A stretch of DNA of 45,621 bases from Romboutsia sp. (GTDB lineage Bacteria > Bacillota > Clostridia > Peptostreptococcales > Peptostreptococcaceae), in contig JAVXLU010000003.1 of assembly GCA_036646635.1 (NCBI GenBank), positions 1 to 45,621 on the forward strand, given 5' to 3'. Below, piece by piece: positions 18,856-28,118 of the stretch (within the stretch, counting starts at the first letter, position 1; every line of letters starts with the position of its first letter). A model generated the notes under the pieces. That model did no database searches, was not told where the DNA came from, and worked only from the letters and a program-made list of their open reading frames with translations. The position numbers and the translations under genes were made by a program.

Positions 18856-19654
18856 AATAATTATACATTCTCTTAGATGATTTAAAATTTAAATCTCCTG
18901 TAAAGTTTTTAAACTCTACTTTATCATTTCTAAGTCTACTTAGTATATTTTTTAATCCATCACCTCTTTTTTTCATATGCCATGCTCTTATGTACCAAGG
19001 TGTTTTAATAAATACACTTGTAGTTTTAAGTTTATTTTGTTTTTTCATGGATTCTACTCCAGCTGGATCTATGATGTAGAAATCCTTATTGTCAATATCA
19101 TCATAAGTTGTATAATACCTATAACCATTGAAATTCGTCTTAGCTACAGCTGTCCCAAATTCAGTATCTGCCATTTTCTCAGATACAAACAAGTGAGTAT
19201 TTTCGCCTTTATATCTAGATTTTCTTGTTGTTCTACTTATTACTTTTTTCTTATTAAACTCTTCGCATATTTTGTCCACGATGTAATCTTTCCCAGATCC
19301 ACTCGCACCTACAACTTGATATAATATCTTATTGTTCATTTCATCACTCCCAATTCCCAATATTTTATTAAGAGCTTCCTTTTCTCTTATATTTATATAG
19401 CTTTCATTCCCACCTTTTTTATTATAAATACTCAAAACATCTAAACTATTCATATCAACCATAATTGATAAGTTACCATATTTTCTTACTTGTACTTTAT
19501 CATTACTCCTCTTTTCGTTTACAGTACCTAAAATAAAATTTCTTGTGAGACATTTTTCTATATCTGTTTTTCTCGCATTCCTCTTTCCTCTGATAAACTG
19601 TCTATATATATTTGCTATATCATTACTTATATGTAAAAGTTCTATTTCTTCCAT
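18824..19654 (-). CDS. guanylate kinase-like protein with in-frame ~105 aa N-terminal extension
   Basis: VVGASGSGKD, SRTTRKSR..E, NGYRY, IIDP.G; internal RBS GGGAGTGA and ATG at 19339. Confidence 0.8.
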   Translation of the reverse strand: MEEIELLHISNDIANIYRQFIRGKRNARKTDIEKCLTRNFILGTVNEKRSNDKVQVRKYGNLSIMVDMNSLDVLSIYNKKGGNESYINIREKEALNKILGIGSDEMNNKILYQVVGASGSGKDYIVDKICEEFNKKKVISRTTRKSRYKGENTHLFVSEKMADTEFGTAVAKTNFNGYRYYTTYDDIDNKDFYIIDPAGVESMKKQNKLKTTSVFIKTPWYIRAWHMKKRGDGLKNILSRLRNDKVEFKNFTGDLNFKSSKRMYNYFAEEYRNEEI

Positions 19655-19895
19655 TCTGCTTGCCTCCTCATTATTTCATTGTAATATGTAACTTTAGTCT
19701 TTTAGTTTCGCTTCTTAATCTCTTATCCAATATTTCAGCTCTCTTCTTTAATTTCCATTCCTTAGTACCAGGTGTAAAATTATTCATACTATCAATCCTT
19801 TTTTATATTTTATTTAATATACATCTTTTTTTGAAAAGAAAGATTATAAACTCTGAGTTATCCGCATTTGACTGCGTTTCCTCTTGACACTTATT

Positions 19896-19945
19896 ATAAT
19901 ACTACTCAACTCTTCTTAAGTCAAGTGTATTTTATGTTTTATTTT
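19896..19945 (-). promoter_or_regulatory. sigmaA promoter with conserved upstream element
   Basis: TTGACT-N17-TATTAT preceded by AAAATAAAACATAAAATACAC. Confidence 0.75.
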
Positions 19946-19985
19946 AATTAAAATTCAAGTTTTAATTATATTAAAAGTAATAGAA

Positions 19986-20573
19986 CTAAATTGTCCTATT
20001 ACTTCTATTACCTCTTCTTAAATCAACGGGAAGCATTTTATCTATTTCATCATCAGTAAAATACTGTTCTTCATTGCTTTTTAATGCTTCTTGGGCCTTT
20101 TTATAACTTCTACTATCTGTATTCGGTGATTGGGTGTATATTTCGCCCGTTCTCACAATTAATTTATCGCGTCTTTCCATAATCTCTCTAATTTCAAGAA
20201 TTTGTATATCTGCAATTAAAGAAATATAATTTTCTCTAAGTAACCATAAAGAATTTGCAGCTTTTCTATGAGAATTAATTTTATCAATGATATTAAAACT
20301 CTTAGAGCAAGCATTTGAAATTAAAAGAAGCAAAGAACAAATTGCACCAATATAGCTTGCCATCTCTTTACTGCCTAAAATTATACTTAAGAAGCTTCCT
20401 GTTGTTATCGCTGATAATACTATTTGTGTTCCTTTTATAATATTATCATAATTCTTATATCTACTTATTATATAGTTATGACAAGTATACGTATATACTA
20501 ATTTGCCATATTCATCTCTTATTTGTGATTCTAAAATATATTTTTGTCTATTAACTTGGGAATTTTGTTCCAT
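19986..20573 (-). CDS. SLATT (2TM) CBASS effector
   Basis: LESQIR.EYGK.VYT..H, two TM helices, HRKAAN.LWLLRE.Y.SL; overlaps CD-NTase stop. Confidence 0.88.
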   Translation of the reverse strand: MEQNSQVNRQKYILESQIRDEYGKLVYTYTCHNYIISRYKNYDNIIKGTQIVLSAITTGSFLSIILGSKEMASYIGAICSLLLLISNACSKSFNIIDKINSHRKAANSLWLLRENYISLIADIQILEIREIMERRDKLIVRTGEIYTQSPNTDSRSYKKAQEALKSNEEQYFTDDEIDKMLPVDLRRGNRSNRTI

Positions 20574-21432
20574 AAATCTCTCTCCATTTTTCTCTAGTTA
20601 AATAAGGATATTTTTCATATTCTATTACCGCTATCTTTGCGATTTCATAAGCTGATTTAGCTTTATATTTAAAATCTCCATCTTTCCAAATAAAAGTATC
20701 ACTACCAGGTTTCCTCCAATAGCTTTTATAAGATTCATCCACTAAAAACTTAAAGAAATCTCTAGTCATCCAATCATAAAAAAGATAGGATTTATCTTTA
20801 TTTTCCCATTGTTGCATAAATCTATAAGCTAATGTATCTATCAATATCCCACTCATAATCACATTATTAGTATTTTTCCATGCTCTTACCATTTTACATA
20901 ACCTTTTCAAGTTACCATTAGCTTCTTTATTTAATTGATTCATAGCCGAAATTTCACTTCTTGGATCAGTTTCTTTCCATTTCCCCCCATTATTAGAATC
21001 TGCATGTTTGTAGCTACCATCCCATTGTCTAAAAGCTGGTACAACTTCAAAAGAAATACCATCCGAAAAATCTATGCTTACAACTTGCCCATCGCTTTTT
21101 ATCTTAGAATTAGGATAACTTAAAATAATTGAATTTTTTACATTTGTTAAGAATTGAGATTGTCCATTACTAGCATAACCATTAAATCTATCATAATATA
21201 GTTTTGGTAATTCTACTATTATATCAAGATCTGAAGTAAATATAGCTGTACCTCTTCCATACGATCCTGCATATAAGCTGTGAGCATTATCTGAAGAATT
21301 GTTCCAATATATACTATTTATCTTTTTTGTTATTTGATGATATCTATTCCTTATTTTTGCTACGGTATTATCACTCATATTTAAATTATGACAAAATTTT
21401 TGAAAATCATCTGAAATTGACACAATATCCAC
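20551..21432 (-). CDS. SMODS/CD-NTase nucleotidyltransferase (CBASS cyclase)
   Basis: GSYGRGTAI..SDLD, FEVVPAF, W..TDP, KMVRAWK, W..IYG..FP motifs. Confidence 0.92.
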   Translation of the reverse strand: MDIVSISDDFQKFCHNLNMSDNTVAKIRNRYHQITKKINSIYWNNSSDNAHSLYAGSYGRGTAIFTSDLDIIVELPKLYYDRFNGYASNGQSQFLTNVKNSIILSYPNSKIKSDGQVVSIDFSDGISFEVVPAFRQWDGSYKHADSNNGGKWKETDPRSEISAMNQLNKEANGNLKRLCKMVRAWKNTNNVIMSGILIDTLAYRFMQQWENKDKSYLFYDWMTRDFFKFLVDESYKSYWRKPGSDTFIWKDGDFKYKAKSAYEIAKIAVIEYEKYPYLTREKWREIYGTKFPS

Positions 21433-21593
21433 ATCCTATCCTATAATAATTCTTTACAAGAAAATTATACCATAGTATTCTTTCCAACATACAACCATAA
21501 AAGAAATTTTATTTTATAATTACATCTCAAAATCATAACGATTTTATCTTTTTATATTCTTAAAATATCGATTTTAATTAATTACTTTTAAAA

Positions 21594-21624
21594 TTAACAT
21601 AAGGATTTTGAATCCTCATGTTAA
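21594..21624 (-). terminator. probable terminator
   Basis: TTAACAT-AAGGATT/AATCCT-CATGTTAA hairpin just after the 234 aa gene. Confidence 0.6.
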
Positions 21625-21630
21625 CTTATA

Positions 21631-22335
21631 CTATTTTGAATTCATCTTTTTCCATAAAAGTTCTACAAAATTATATATATCTATATCGTTATATCTGCCA
21701 TTTCCTATCTTAAAATAAATTTTATATTTTTCAAATATAGTACTATTCATTAATTTTCTAGTATACGATGCCCTTAATGACTGATTACTACAAAACTTAA
21801 ATTCTTCATCATTCAAAATTAATTTTTTTAACTCTTGTCCTAATTCTTCAACACTTTTTTGATGTTCTAGTTCAACTTTTTCCAATTCTGGCTCTATATC
21901 TTCAATCATTATTTCTAGTTCTACATTAGCAGTAAATACCTCATGCTGATTTAACCAGTCATCTTCTAGATAAGATAAATATGCAATATTATCTTTTATA
22001 AAATATAAATTTATTCTATATGGAATATCAAAATCAAAGCTTTCCATTTTTTTATTATACTCACTTATTTTATCTTTAGCTAAATTAAGTGCTTTTTCTC
22101 CATATTCGTCTAATATGATATCCTCATCAATAAAATATTCTTCATCATCATAATAGCATAAAGAATAAAACACATTTTTTGCTTTTAAATCTGAGAGTAG
22201 ATTTATATACTCATTTAATTGATTTATCTCTATAATAGGCAATTTATTAGCAATAATACATGTCCCTTCTATACATTTTATATTAGATTTATTAAACTCT
22301 TCTTTTAAATTTCTCAAATTTATTTTATGTTCCAT
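21631..22335 (-). CDS. acidic hypothetical protein (moron-like)
   Basis: 234 aa ORF with GAGGTG RBS, own terminator. Confidence 0.75.
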   Translation of the reverse strand: MEHKINLRNLKEEFNKSNIKCIEGTCIIANKLPIIEINQLNEYINLLSDLKAKNVFYSLCYYDDEEYFIDEDIILDEYGEKALNLAKDKISEYNKKMESFDFDIPYRINLYFIKDNIAYLSYLEDDWLNQHEVFTANVELEIMIEDIEPELEKVELEHQKSVEELGQELKKLILNDEEFKFCSNQSLRASYTRKLMNSTIFEKYKIYFKIGNGRYNDIDIYNFVELLWKKMNSK

Positions 22336-22413
22336 GGTCGATACACCTCATATTTGTTATAATTTTCTTTTCATCTTATTATAACTTATTGGCAATATTT
22401 AACTCAACTATTT

Positions 22414-22495
22414 TCATGAGATATTTTTATTGGCTTTTCTTTCTAAATTGCTCAATATACTCGTAGCCTCAATCAAACCTTCCGCATAGCCCTTT
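22414..22495 (-). pseudogene. gene remnant paralogous to 12105..12248
   Basis: Frame KGYAEGLIEATSILSNLERK preceded by in-frame stop. Confidence 0.4.
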
Positions 22496-22538
22496 CAACG
22501 TCCTCTAACATATGTATTTAAAACAATTATTTTATAAA

Positions 22539-22670
22539 CTAATCAATATACCCATTTAAGGTTTTCCATAGTTCATATTCTGCTTCTGCATATTCATTAT
22601 TTTCAATATATCCATTATCATATAACCATAAATCATAATCTGCGAACATCATATCATTTGTTATTTCCAT
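22539..22670 (-). CDS. 43 aa acidic/aromatic protein
   Basis: Hand-translated MEITNDMMFADYDLWLYDNGYIENNEYAEAEYELWKTLNGYID; GGAG RBS. Confidence 0.55.
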   Translation of the reverse strand: MEITNDMMFADYDLWLYDNGYIENNEYAEAEYELWKTLNGYID

Positions 22671-23024
22671 CTATTTATTCTCCATATCTAATAAAGTCTG
22701 TATTTTTTCATCATATATTTTATTAATTTGTTGTTGCCTAACAGCTAAGAACACAAGCATTTTTTCTTTCATTTTACCCTTAACTTCCTTTTGTTCCTCT
22801 TCTGTTAATTCCCTATCAAACCCCTGTGTTGCTATAGTTCCATAGTGTTCTTCTACTCTAATATTCATAGGCACTCTATCCATAACGAAATCTTCAAAAT
22901 AGCTCCATTCTGTATATTTTTCATTAACCTTGAATTTATCTCCTGCCAATTCAAAACTAAAATATGTATAATATTCCTCTTCATCGTTTATATTTAATAG
23001 TAATCTAGCTTCCCATATTTTCAT
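22671..23024 (-). CDS. hypothetical protein
   Basis: 117 aa, ATGA overlap with kptA. Confidence 0.7.
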   Translation of the reverse strand: MKIWEARLLLNINDEEEYYTYFSFELAGDKFKVNEKYTEWSYFEDFVMDRVPMNIRVEEHYGTIATQGFDRELTEEEQKEVKGKMKEKMLVFLAVRQQQINKIYDEKIQTLLDMENK

Positions 23025-23563
23025 TTAATCACCTCTATAATATATTTAGGATCTATGTAATCGCATAACCAAACTTTATTTTCACTTAAATAAAATTTAA
23101 CTCCATCCATATACATTCGCTCTGCAGGAATTCTTAATACAACAACCTCACCATGCCTTTTACCTACATTCATAGCAGTATTTAAATTGTCTGATAAATG
23201 AACATATTGTCTATTCTTTTTGACTATTCCATATTTTAATATAGAGTCTAAATATTTTTTACCTGTTCCATGATATAAAATCTTAGGTGGCTTTATATCT
23301 TTTAGTCCTAAATCAACTTTTATTGAATGTCCTTGATTAGCTCTTATCATTGTTTTATCTTTATTCAACGAATATCTTTGCTTATCATCTTCTCTAACTA
23401 TTCTTTCTAAGTCATTCATAGTCACATTATTATCTTTATCATTTAACCCTTTTAAAAGAGCTTCTACACTCCCCCAACCTTGATTATCAAGCTGCAGTCC
23501 TATTACATCAGGCTTATGTCTTAATATTAAACTTATGTATCTGCTTATATTTGTATCATTCAT
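23021..23563 (-). CDS. kptA: RNA 2'-phosphotransferase (Tpt1/KptA)
   Basis: [34 protein letters not shown] motifs. Confidence 0.96.
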   Translation of the reverse strand: MNDTNISRYISLILRHKPDVIGLQLDNQGWGSVEALLKGLNDKDNNVTMNDLERIVREDDKQRYSLNKDKTMIRANQGHSIKVDLGLKDIKPPKILYHGTGKKYLDSILKYGIVKKNRQYVHLSDNLNTAMNVGKRHGEVVVLRIPAERMYMDGVKFYLSENKVWLCDYIDPKYIIEVIK

Positions 23564-23648
23564 TTAATTACCTTCTTCCTTTAGTAAGCTACTATTATTA
23601 TAACTAACAAGTAATTCAGCAATACTCCCTTTTCTTATATTGTCTTGT

Positions 23649-23899
23649 TATTGTGAACTACTCTTCTCTTTTTAACCACCTTAAAATTCCATGTTTCCAT
23701 TCACATTCACCGCAGTCTTTAGGATAGTGATGTGTTTTATAATATACACAACGATAACAGCCTAAACTATCCCAATCCTCTCTATCTTCATTATGATGTT
23801 TTTCTATCCATTCAGCTAATTCTTCATCTGTCATTATTCTTATCTTATCAGCATTTGTCATCTTAATCTCCATTCATTTTATTATGGTATTGTAAATTA
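23649..23899 (-). repeat. second pair of 12-bp junction repeats
   Basis: TAGTTCACAATA (23649-23660) and TAATTTACAATA (23888-23899), each starting with a stop codon. Confidence 0.75.
23658..23873 (-). CDS. hypothetical Cys-containing protein
   Basis: MTNADKIR.MTDEELAEWI start, CxxC pairs. Confidence 0.7.
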   Translation of the reverse strand: MEIKMTNADKIRIMTDEELAEWIEKHHNEDREDWDSLGCYRCVYYKTHHYPKDCGECEWKHGILRWLKREE

Positions 23900-24040
23900 A
23901 TTACCTGATAAATAAGGCTCTCCGCCCTCATTAAAATCAACTTGAATTGTAGACTCACAAATACATTCAAACTGTGAATCGTCGAGTTTTTCAACGTCAT
24001 ATACTGCATAGCAATAAGGACATTCTACTTCTTTGTTCAT
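23897..24040 (-). CDS. 47 aa acidic zinc-ribbon protein, copy 2
   Basis: MNKEVECPYCYAVYDVEKLDDSQFECICESTIQVDFNEGGEPYLSGN. Confidence 0.75.
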   Translation of the reverse strand: MNKEVECPYCYAVYDVEKLDDSQFECICESTIQVDFNEGGEPYLSGN

Positions 24041-24066
24041 TAACTTCACCCTTTCTCATTTTAATT

Positions 24067-24252
24067 TTATTGCTTCTTTTCATATAATTCGCACATACAA
24101 TTTTCCTCTGTGAGATATATAATATCCTTGGGAACTTCCTTTTCCCACCAATCTACAAATGCAGTGCATACACATTGCTTAGAACTGTTTAATCTATCTA
24201 AATATATACAATCATTCATATCTACGTCTCCTAACCGTTTAAAGGCATCCAT
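24067..24252 (-). CDS. small Cys-containing hypothetical protein
   Basis: ORF; likely start at internal MNDC after AGGAG. Confidence 0.55.
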   Translation of the reverse strand: MDAFKRLGDVDMNDCIYLDRLNSSKQCVCTAFVDWWEKEVPKDIIYLTEENCMCELYEKKQ

Positions 24253-24533
24253 GATATATTTTTTTTAACTTCTAAAAAAACATAGTTATCTTTTTTGCGC
24301 TTATAATTACAAAGATCACCTGCTACAATTGTAAATTCAAAATTTAAATTAATTAATTTAATAAAAAGTGCTTCATAATCATAATCATTAGAATCCATAC
24401 ATATGAATATTGATAAATCTTTATTGTGTATTTCTTTGTTGAATATAGTTAAATCGTCTAATTCATCTCTAGTAAGATGATTAAGCACATAATCAACATT
24501 CTTTTTTATTTTCTTATTATTATCAAGACTCAA
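24231..24533 (-). CDS. hypothetical protein
   Basis: 100 aa ORF, TTG start. Confidence 0.5.
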   Translation of the reverse strand: MSLDNNKKIKKNVDYVLNHLTRDELDDLTIFNKEIHNKDLSIFICMDSNDYDYEALFIKLINLNFEFTIVAGDLCNYKRKKDNYVFLEVKKNISWMPLNG

Positions 24534-24753
24534 CTTTGCTTTATCATAACTTAAAAATAAATAATTATAATCACTTTATACAGTCATAAATCTTTTATTT
24601 CCTTTAAAATATATTGCTATATAAAAATTATCAATAATACTTAATTCAGTGTATGAAACAATGTGTTTTTTTATTTTATTATTTGAGATATCATATATTA
24701 TATCTCCATCTTTTAAATCTAATATTTGTTCACTATCTAGCATATATATTCTC

Positions 24754-25068
24754 CTAACTTATTTCTTTTACTCTAATGTCCATATACCCTTCATCTACAT
24801 CAGATATATTTATATACTCGTTTGTATCTTGGTGTGAATAATTCTCTTTTTCTCCATGAACTAAAGGATAACCAATGCCCTCATATCCATACTCTGTGGC
24901 TCTATTCATTCCAACCATACCTGCTAATGAACTAAGTCTATCTTTATGTTCTTTTAACTTGCACATATATCTCTCATATTCATCCATAAACTCATCATTT
25001 ATTACGTTATCATCTATTTCTATTTCATATTCCTCTATTCTCTCTACCACAACTTTGAACTTTCTCAT
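24754..25068 (-). CDS. hypothetical phage protein
   Basis: 104 aa ORF with RBS. Confidence 0.7.
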   Translation of the reverse strand: MRKFKVVVERIEEYEIEIDDNVINDEFMDEYERYMCKLKEHKDRLSSLAGMVGMNRATEYGYEGIGYPLVHGEKENYSHQDTNEYINISDVDEGYMDIRVKEIS

Positions 25069-25082
25069 GCAATCTCTCCCTT

Positions 25083-25274
25083 TTATTTTATTTCTTTTAT
25101 ATCATTCACATTAATCTCTATTAAATCATTGTTTTCATCACATAAAAATATTGTATTCACATCTTCATTTACCTCATCTAAATATCCATTTTCTTCAATA
25201 TCTTCTTTTAGTATAACAACTATAAAATCACCCATCTCAAACTCTTCATACACCTGATTTATTTTCATTATCAT
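25083..25274 (-). CDS. small acidic hypothetical protein
   Basis: 63 aa ORF. Confidence 0.6.
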   Translation of the reverse strand: MIMKINQVYEEFEMGDFIVVILKEDIEENGYLDEVNEDVNTIFLCDENNDLIEINVNDIKEIK

Positions 25275-25298
25275 ATCACCCTTAAATCATTCATTTTA

Positions 25299-25685
25299 TT
25301 ATTTTTCTTCTAATATATTATTAATTCTAATCAACTGATCTAAAGTATATTTAATCTCTCTATATCCTTCAAATGCTCTCTTAATTTTATAGTGTAAATC
25401 CTCTCGTTTTTCTTTTTCTACTATCTCTTCTAAATTTTCATATAATACATAGTCTGGTGAATAAATACTTTTTTCCCAATAGTTATTGGTCATGTCAAAT
25501 TGCATTGTACTATTATTGCCATATTTAACTTCTATGTACTTTCTCCCTACTGATATTACTTCACATTCGCAAGTCCAGTTATTTATATTCTCTAATGACA
25601 TATTCACATGCCTCGCTGCATTACTTCTCGGCATTATAGCAACTATACATTTATCACCTTTTTTTAGATTTAATTTTCTCTCCAT
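25299..25685 (-). CDS. hypothetical beta-barrel-like phage protein
   Basis: LKKGD..., EVISVGRKYI.V pattern. Confidence 0.7.
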   Translation of the reverse strand: MERKLNLKKGDKCIVAIMPRSNAARHVNMSLENINNWTCECEVISVGRKYIEVKYGNNSTMQFDMTNNYWEKSIYSPDYVLYENLEEIVEKEKREDLHYKIKRAFEGYREIKYTLDQLIRINNILEEK

Positions 25686-25783
25686 ATAATCACCTCTAAA
25701 ATATTTATTTCATAATCAATCTATTTTAAATTTCTTTAATAAGCACTTGCTTTTCTAAAGCCAGTTTTTTGACATCCTCCCAA

Positions 25784-26005
25784 TTATTTTCTATGACACT
25801 TTATCCATCTAACATTTTGATAAGGAACGAACTCTGAAAGTTCTGGAACATGAACTTTAATTTTTATTACTCTATCTTTTAATATCAAATCTTCTCTTCC
25901 AACAGTATAAGTAGTTCCACCATATCTCTCTTCAAATGAAATTATTATATCTAAATCTTTCTTATTGGCTCTTTTTAATACTTGTTTTATTTTTATTTTC
26001 TTCAT
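25784..26005 (-). CDS. hypothetical protein
   Basis: 73 aa ORF with RBS. Confidence 0.6.
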   Translation of the reverse strand: MKKIKIKQVLKRANKKDLDIIISFEERYGGTTYTVGREDLILKDRVIKIKVHVPELSEFVPYQNVRWIKCHRK

Positions 26006-26033
26006 ATGATCCTCTCCAATCTAATTAAAAATT

Positions 26034-26357
26034 CTATTTTATCATTTTCTTTATATCATTTAACTCTGCAATTACTTCATCAATTGATTTATTTATCTGT
26101 TTCTTATCGATATGTGTATCATATATAAATTTATTTTTAATTTTTCTTATTTCAAATTCTAGTGGTATCAATTTACAAACTATATCGTTTAATAATACAT
26201 TTGTATTATAATCAACCTCTAATTCCATCCAGTAATTTATATATGTTATAAATCTGTTTATGTTTTCTAATAAATCCGATATCTTTTCCATTTTGTTATG
26301 GTTTTCATTTTTCATCTCCTCCCCCTCTCTTTCATGATTTCTCATTGATTCACACAC
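26034..26357 (-). CDS. hypothetical protein
   Basis: ORF; true start probably MKNEN after GGGGGAGG. Confidence 0.6.
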   Translation of the reverse strand: MCESMRNHEREGEEMKNENHNKMEKISDLLENINRFITYINYWMELEVDYNTNVLLNDIVCKLIPLEFEIRKIKNKFIYDTHIDKKQINKSIDEVIAELNDIKKMIK

Positions 26358-26371
26358 TATCTGAGTCCTCC

Positions 26372-26725
26372 CTAAAGCATTATGAATTCATCGTATTTAT
26401 TTTCGTTTATATCCCAAAAGTATTCATCATCATATTTATCGTAACTCTTAACTAAGAGCGAATCTTTATGCTTTACCAAATTATTTACATCGTCTATGAT
26501 TGCCTTTAAATCTCCGTTGTTATCTACCCAAACTTCATATAAACAATTACTCCATCTATCAAAAGTTTCTTTATAGTCAGCCCTTATCAGTAACTTAAAG
26601 TTATTCCCCGCATGAGGCATTACTACAGATACATAAATATCATCATTTTCTAAATAATAATTTTGGTTTTCTATTTGACTTCTTAATTTTAAATTTAAGT
26701 TTTTCATTAATATTTCAATCATCAT
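26372..26725 (-). CDS. hypothetical protein
   Basis: 117 aa ORF with GAGGTG RBS. Confidence 0.65.
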   Translation of the reverse strand: MMIEILMKNLNLKLRSQIENQNYYLENDDIYVSVVMPHAGNNFKLLIRADYKETFDRWSNCLYEVWVDNNGDLKAIIDDVNNLVKHKDSLLVKSYDKYDDEYFWDINENKYDEFIML

Positions 26726-26928
26726 TACACCTCATATTCTCTTAAAATACATTCAACTTCTACTATTTTAAAATTTCTATTTTTATTAAGCCCTTCAAAG
26801 TATTCTATGGCATCATCCTCATAAAACAATCTTACTGCTTCTGTTATGTTATCTACCATGCCTCTCATAAGATTGCTTGCTAAAAATTTATTGCCTTCCA
26901 TTATTGTATAATAATATTGTTTTTTCAT
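26725..26928 (-). CDS. hypothetical protein
   Basis: 67 aa ORF with AGGAG RBS. Confidence 0.65.
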   Translation of the reverse strand: MKKQYYYTIMEGNKFLASNLMRGMVDNITEAVRLFYEDDAIEYFEGLNKNRNFKIVEVECILREYEV

Positions 26929-26941
26929 TTCTTCTCACTCC

Positions 26942-27160
26942 TTATAAATCATTGACATCCAACATTTCTTTAATTCCATTGTAAAATCTTAAATTTCTTC
27001 CACCTATATTCACAACTTTGGTATCTTCTTCCTCTAATGGCATCCATCTTCTATGTTTACAGCAGTCAGATGTTTCACAGGCAGAACAATATTGTTTTTC
27101 TTCTGATATCTTATTCCAATCTAAACATCCACAATTTTTACACATTTTCATAACTATCAT
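26942..27160 (-). CDS. small Cys-rich protein
   Basis: CKNC, CSAC, CC. Confidence 0.6.
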   Translation of the reverse strand: MIVMKMCKNCGCLDWNKISEEKQYCSACETSDCCKHRRWMPLEEEDTKVVNIGGRNLRFYNGIKEMLDVNDL

Positions 27161-27405
27161 GTTAAATCCTCCTTAACTAATTCCCACTCTGTCTCAGTTG
27201 GAACTTGATAGTTGTAACAAGGTATCCAATTATAACAACTCCTATGTTCAAACTTTCTATTTTTAATTCTGTAAGTTGCACCTTCGAAATCTTTGCAAAA
27301 TCTCCCTTTAGTCATATACTCTACAGCTTCCAAAAAATCTATTTTACTATCCTCACGCATTGACTCACATACTTCACACCACATTAACATCCCCGCTTTC
27401 CGCAT
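27157..27405 (-). CDS. DUF2829/Tad2-like small protein (tentative)
   Basis: IDFLEAVEYM.KG ... W.P ... EWELV pattern. Confidence 0.45.
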   Translation of the reverse strand: MRKAGMLMWCEVCESMREDSKIDFLEAVEYMTKGRFCKDFEGATYRIKNRKFEHRSCYNWIPCYNYQVPTETEWELVKEDLT

Positions 27406-27437
27406 ATAATTATAATTGATATTTAATATTTATTTTA

Positions 27438-28103
27438 TTATGACTGAGCAACGCATATCCCTATCCTTACTTTATCATTGCATAAATATCTATAATATTC
27501 CTCAGTATTATTTTCTTTTAATTCATTAAGTATTTTTCTTTCTTCTTTATCAAATTCATTATCATTATGTATTCTACTTAAAGAGTCTACGACTTCTTCA
27601 TAATTCTCTTTAAGTATTTCTATTCTTGCCTTCGCTGTAAACTGCTCAGCATGGAAATTATTTTGCTTACAGCATTCTAATATCTTTCTATTTATTCGAA
27701 TTGATTCTCTTTTATTTAATTTATTTTTATTATTGTTATAATATTCTTCACTGTTTATTACATATGCATGTGGATAGTTTTTCAATAACTCCTTTTCATA
27801 TCTGTTTAAACATAATTTCAATTTTCCATAATATTTATCGCTATTGAGTTCATCTCCTACACAACTATATGCCAATCCCAAATATCTGTATATATCCAAA
27901 TAGTTTTTTAGATTTCTACATTTCCCCTTGTATTTATTATAAGTACTCTCCAATAATTTGATCGCTCTATCATACTTTAATGCCCCTATATATAAACAGG
28001 CCTGCAATATTTCCCTTCTCATTATATAGTCTGCTTCTTTTTCATTTTCTCTGTTATTTTTAAGTTTTTTTTCTTTTGCTTTATTAAAGTCAATAACACT
28101 CAT
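27438..28103 (-). CDS. TPR-like alpha-helical protein
   Basis: KYDRAIKLLE..Y, IYRYLGLAY...GD...S.KYY repeat signature. Confidence 0.65.
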   Translation of the reverse strand: MSVIDFNKAKEKKLKNNRENEKEADYIMRREILQACLYIGALKYDRAIKLLESTYNKYKGKCRNLKNYLDIYRYLGLAYSCVGDELNSDKYYGKLKLCLNRYEKELLKNYPHAYVINSEEYYNNNKNKLNKRESIRINRKILECCKQNNFHAEQFTAKARIEILKENYEEVVDSLSRIHNDNEFDKEERKILNELKENNTEEYYRYLCNDKVRIGICVAQS

Positions 28104-28118
28104 CCCTACTCCTCCATA

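Noticed and set aside
27406-28103. Arbitrium aimR-aimP pair
   Set aside because: TPR protein is short, has no clear HTH, and no signal-peptide-bearing small ORF follows it.
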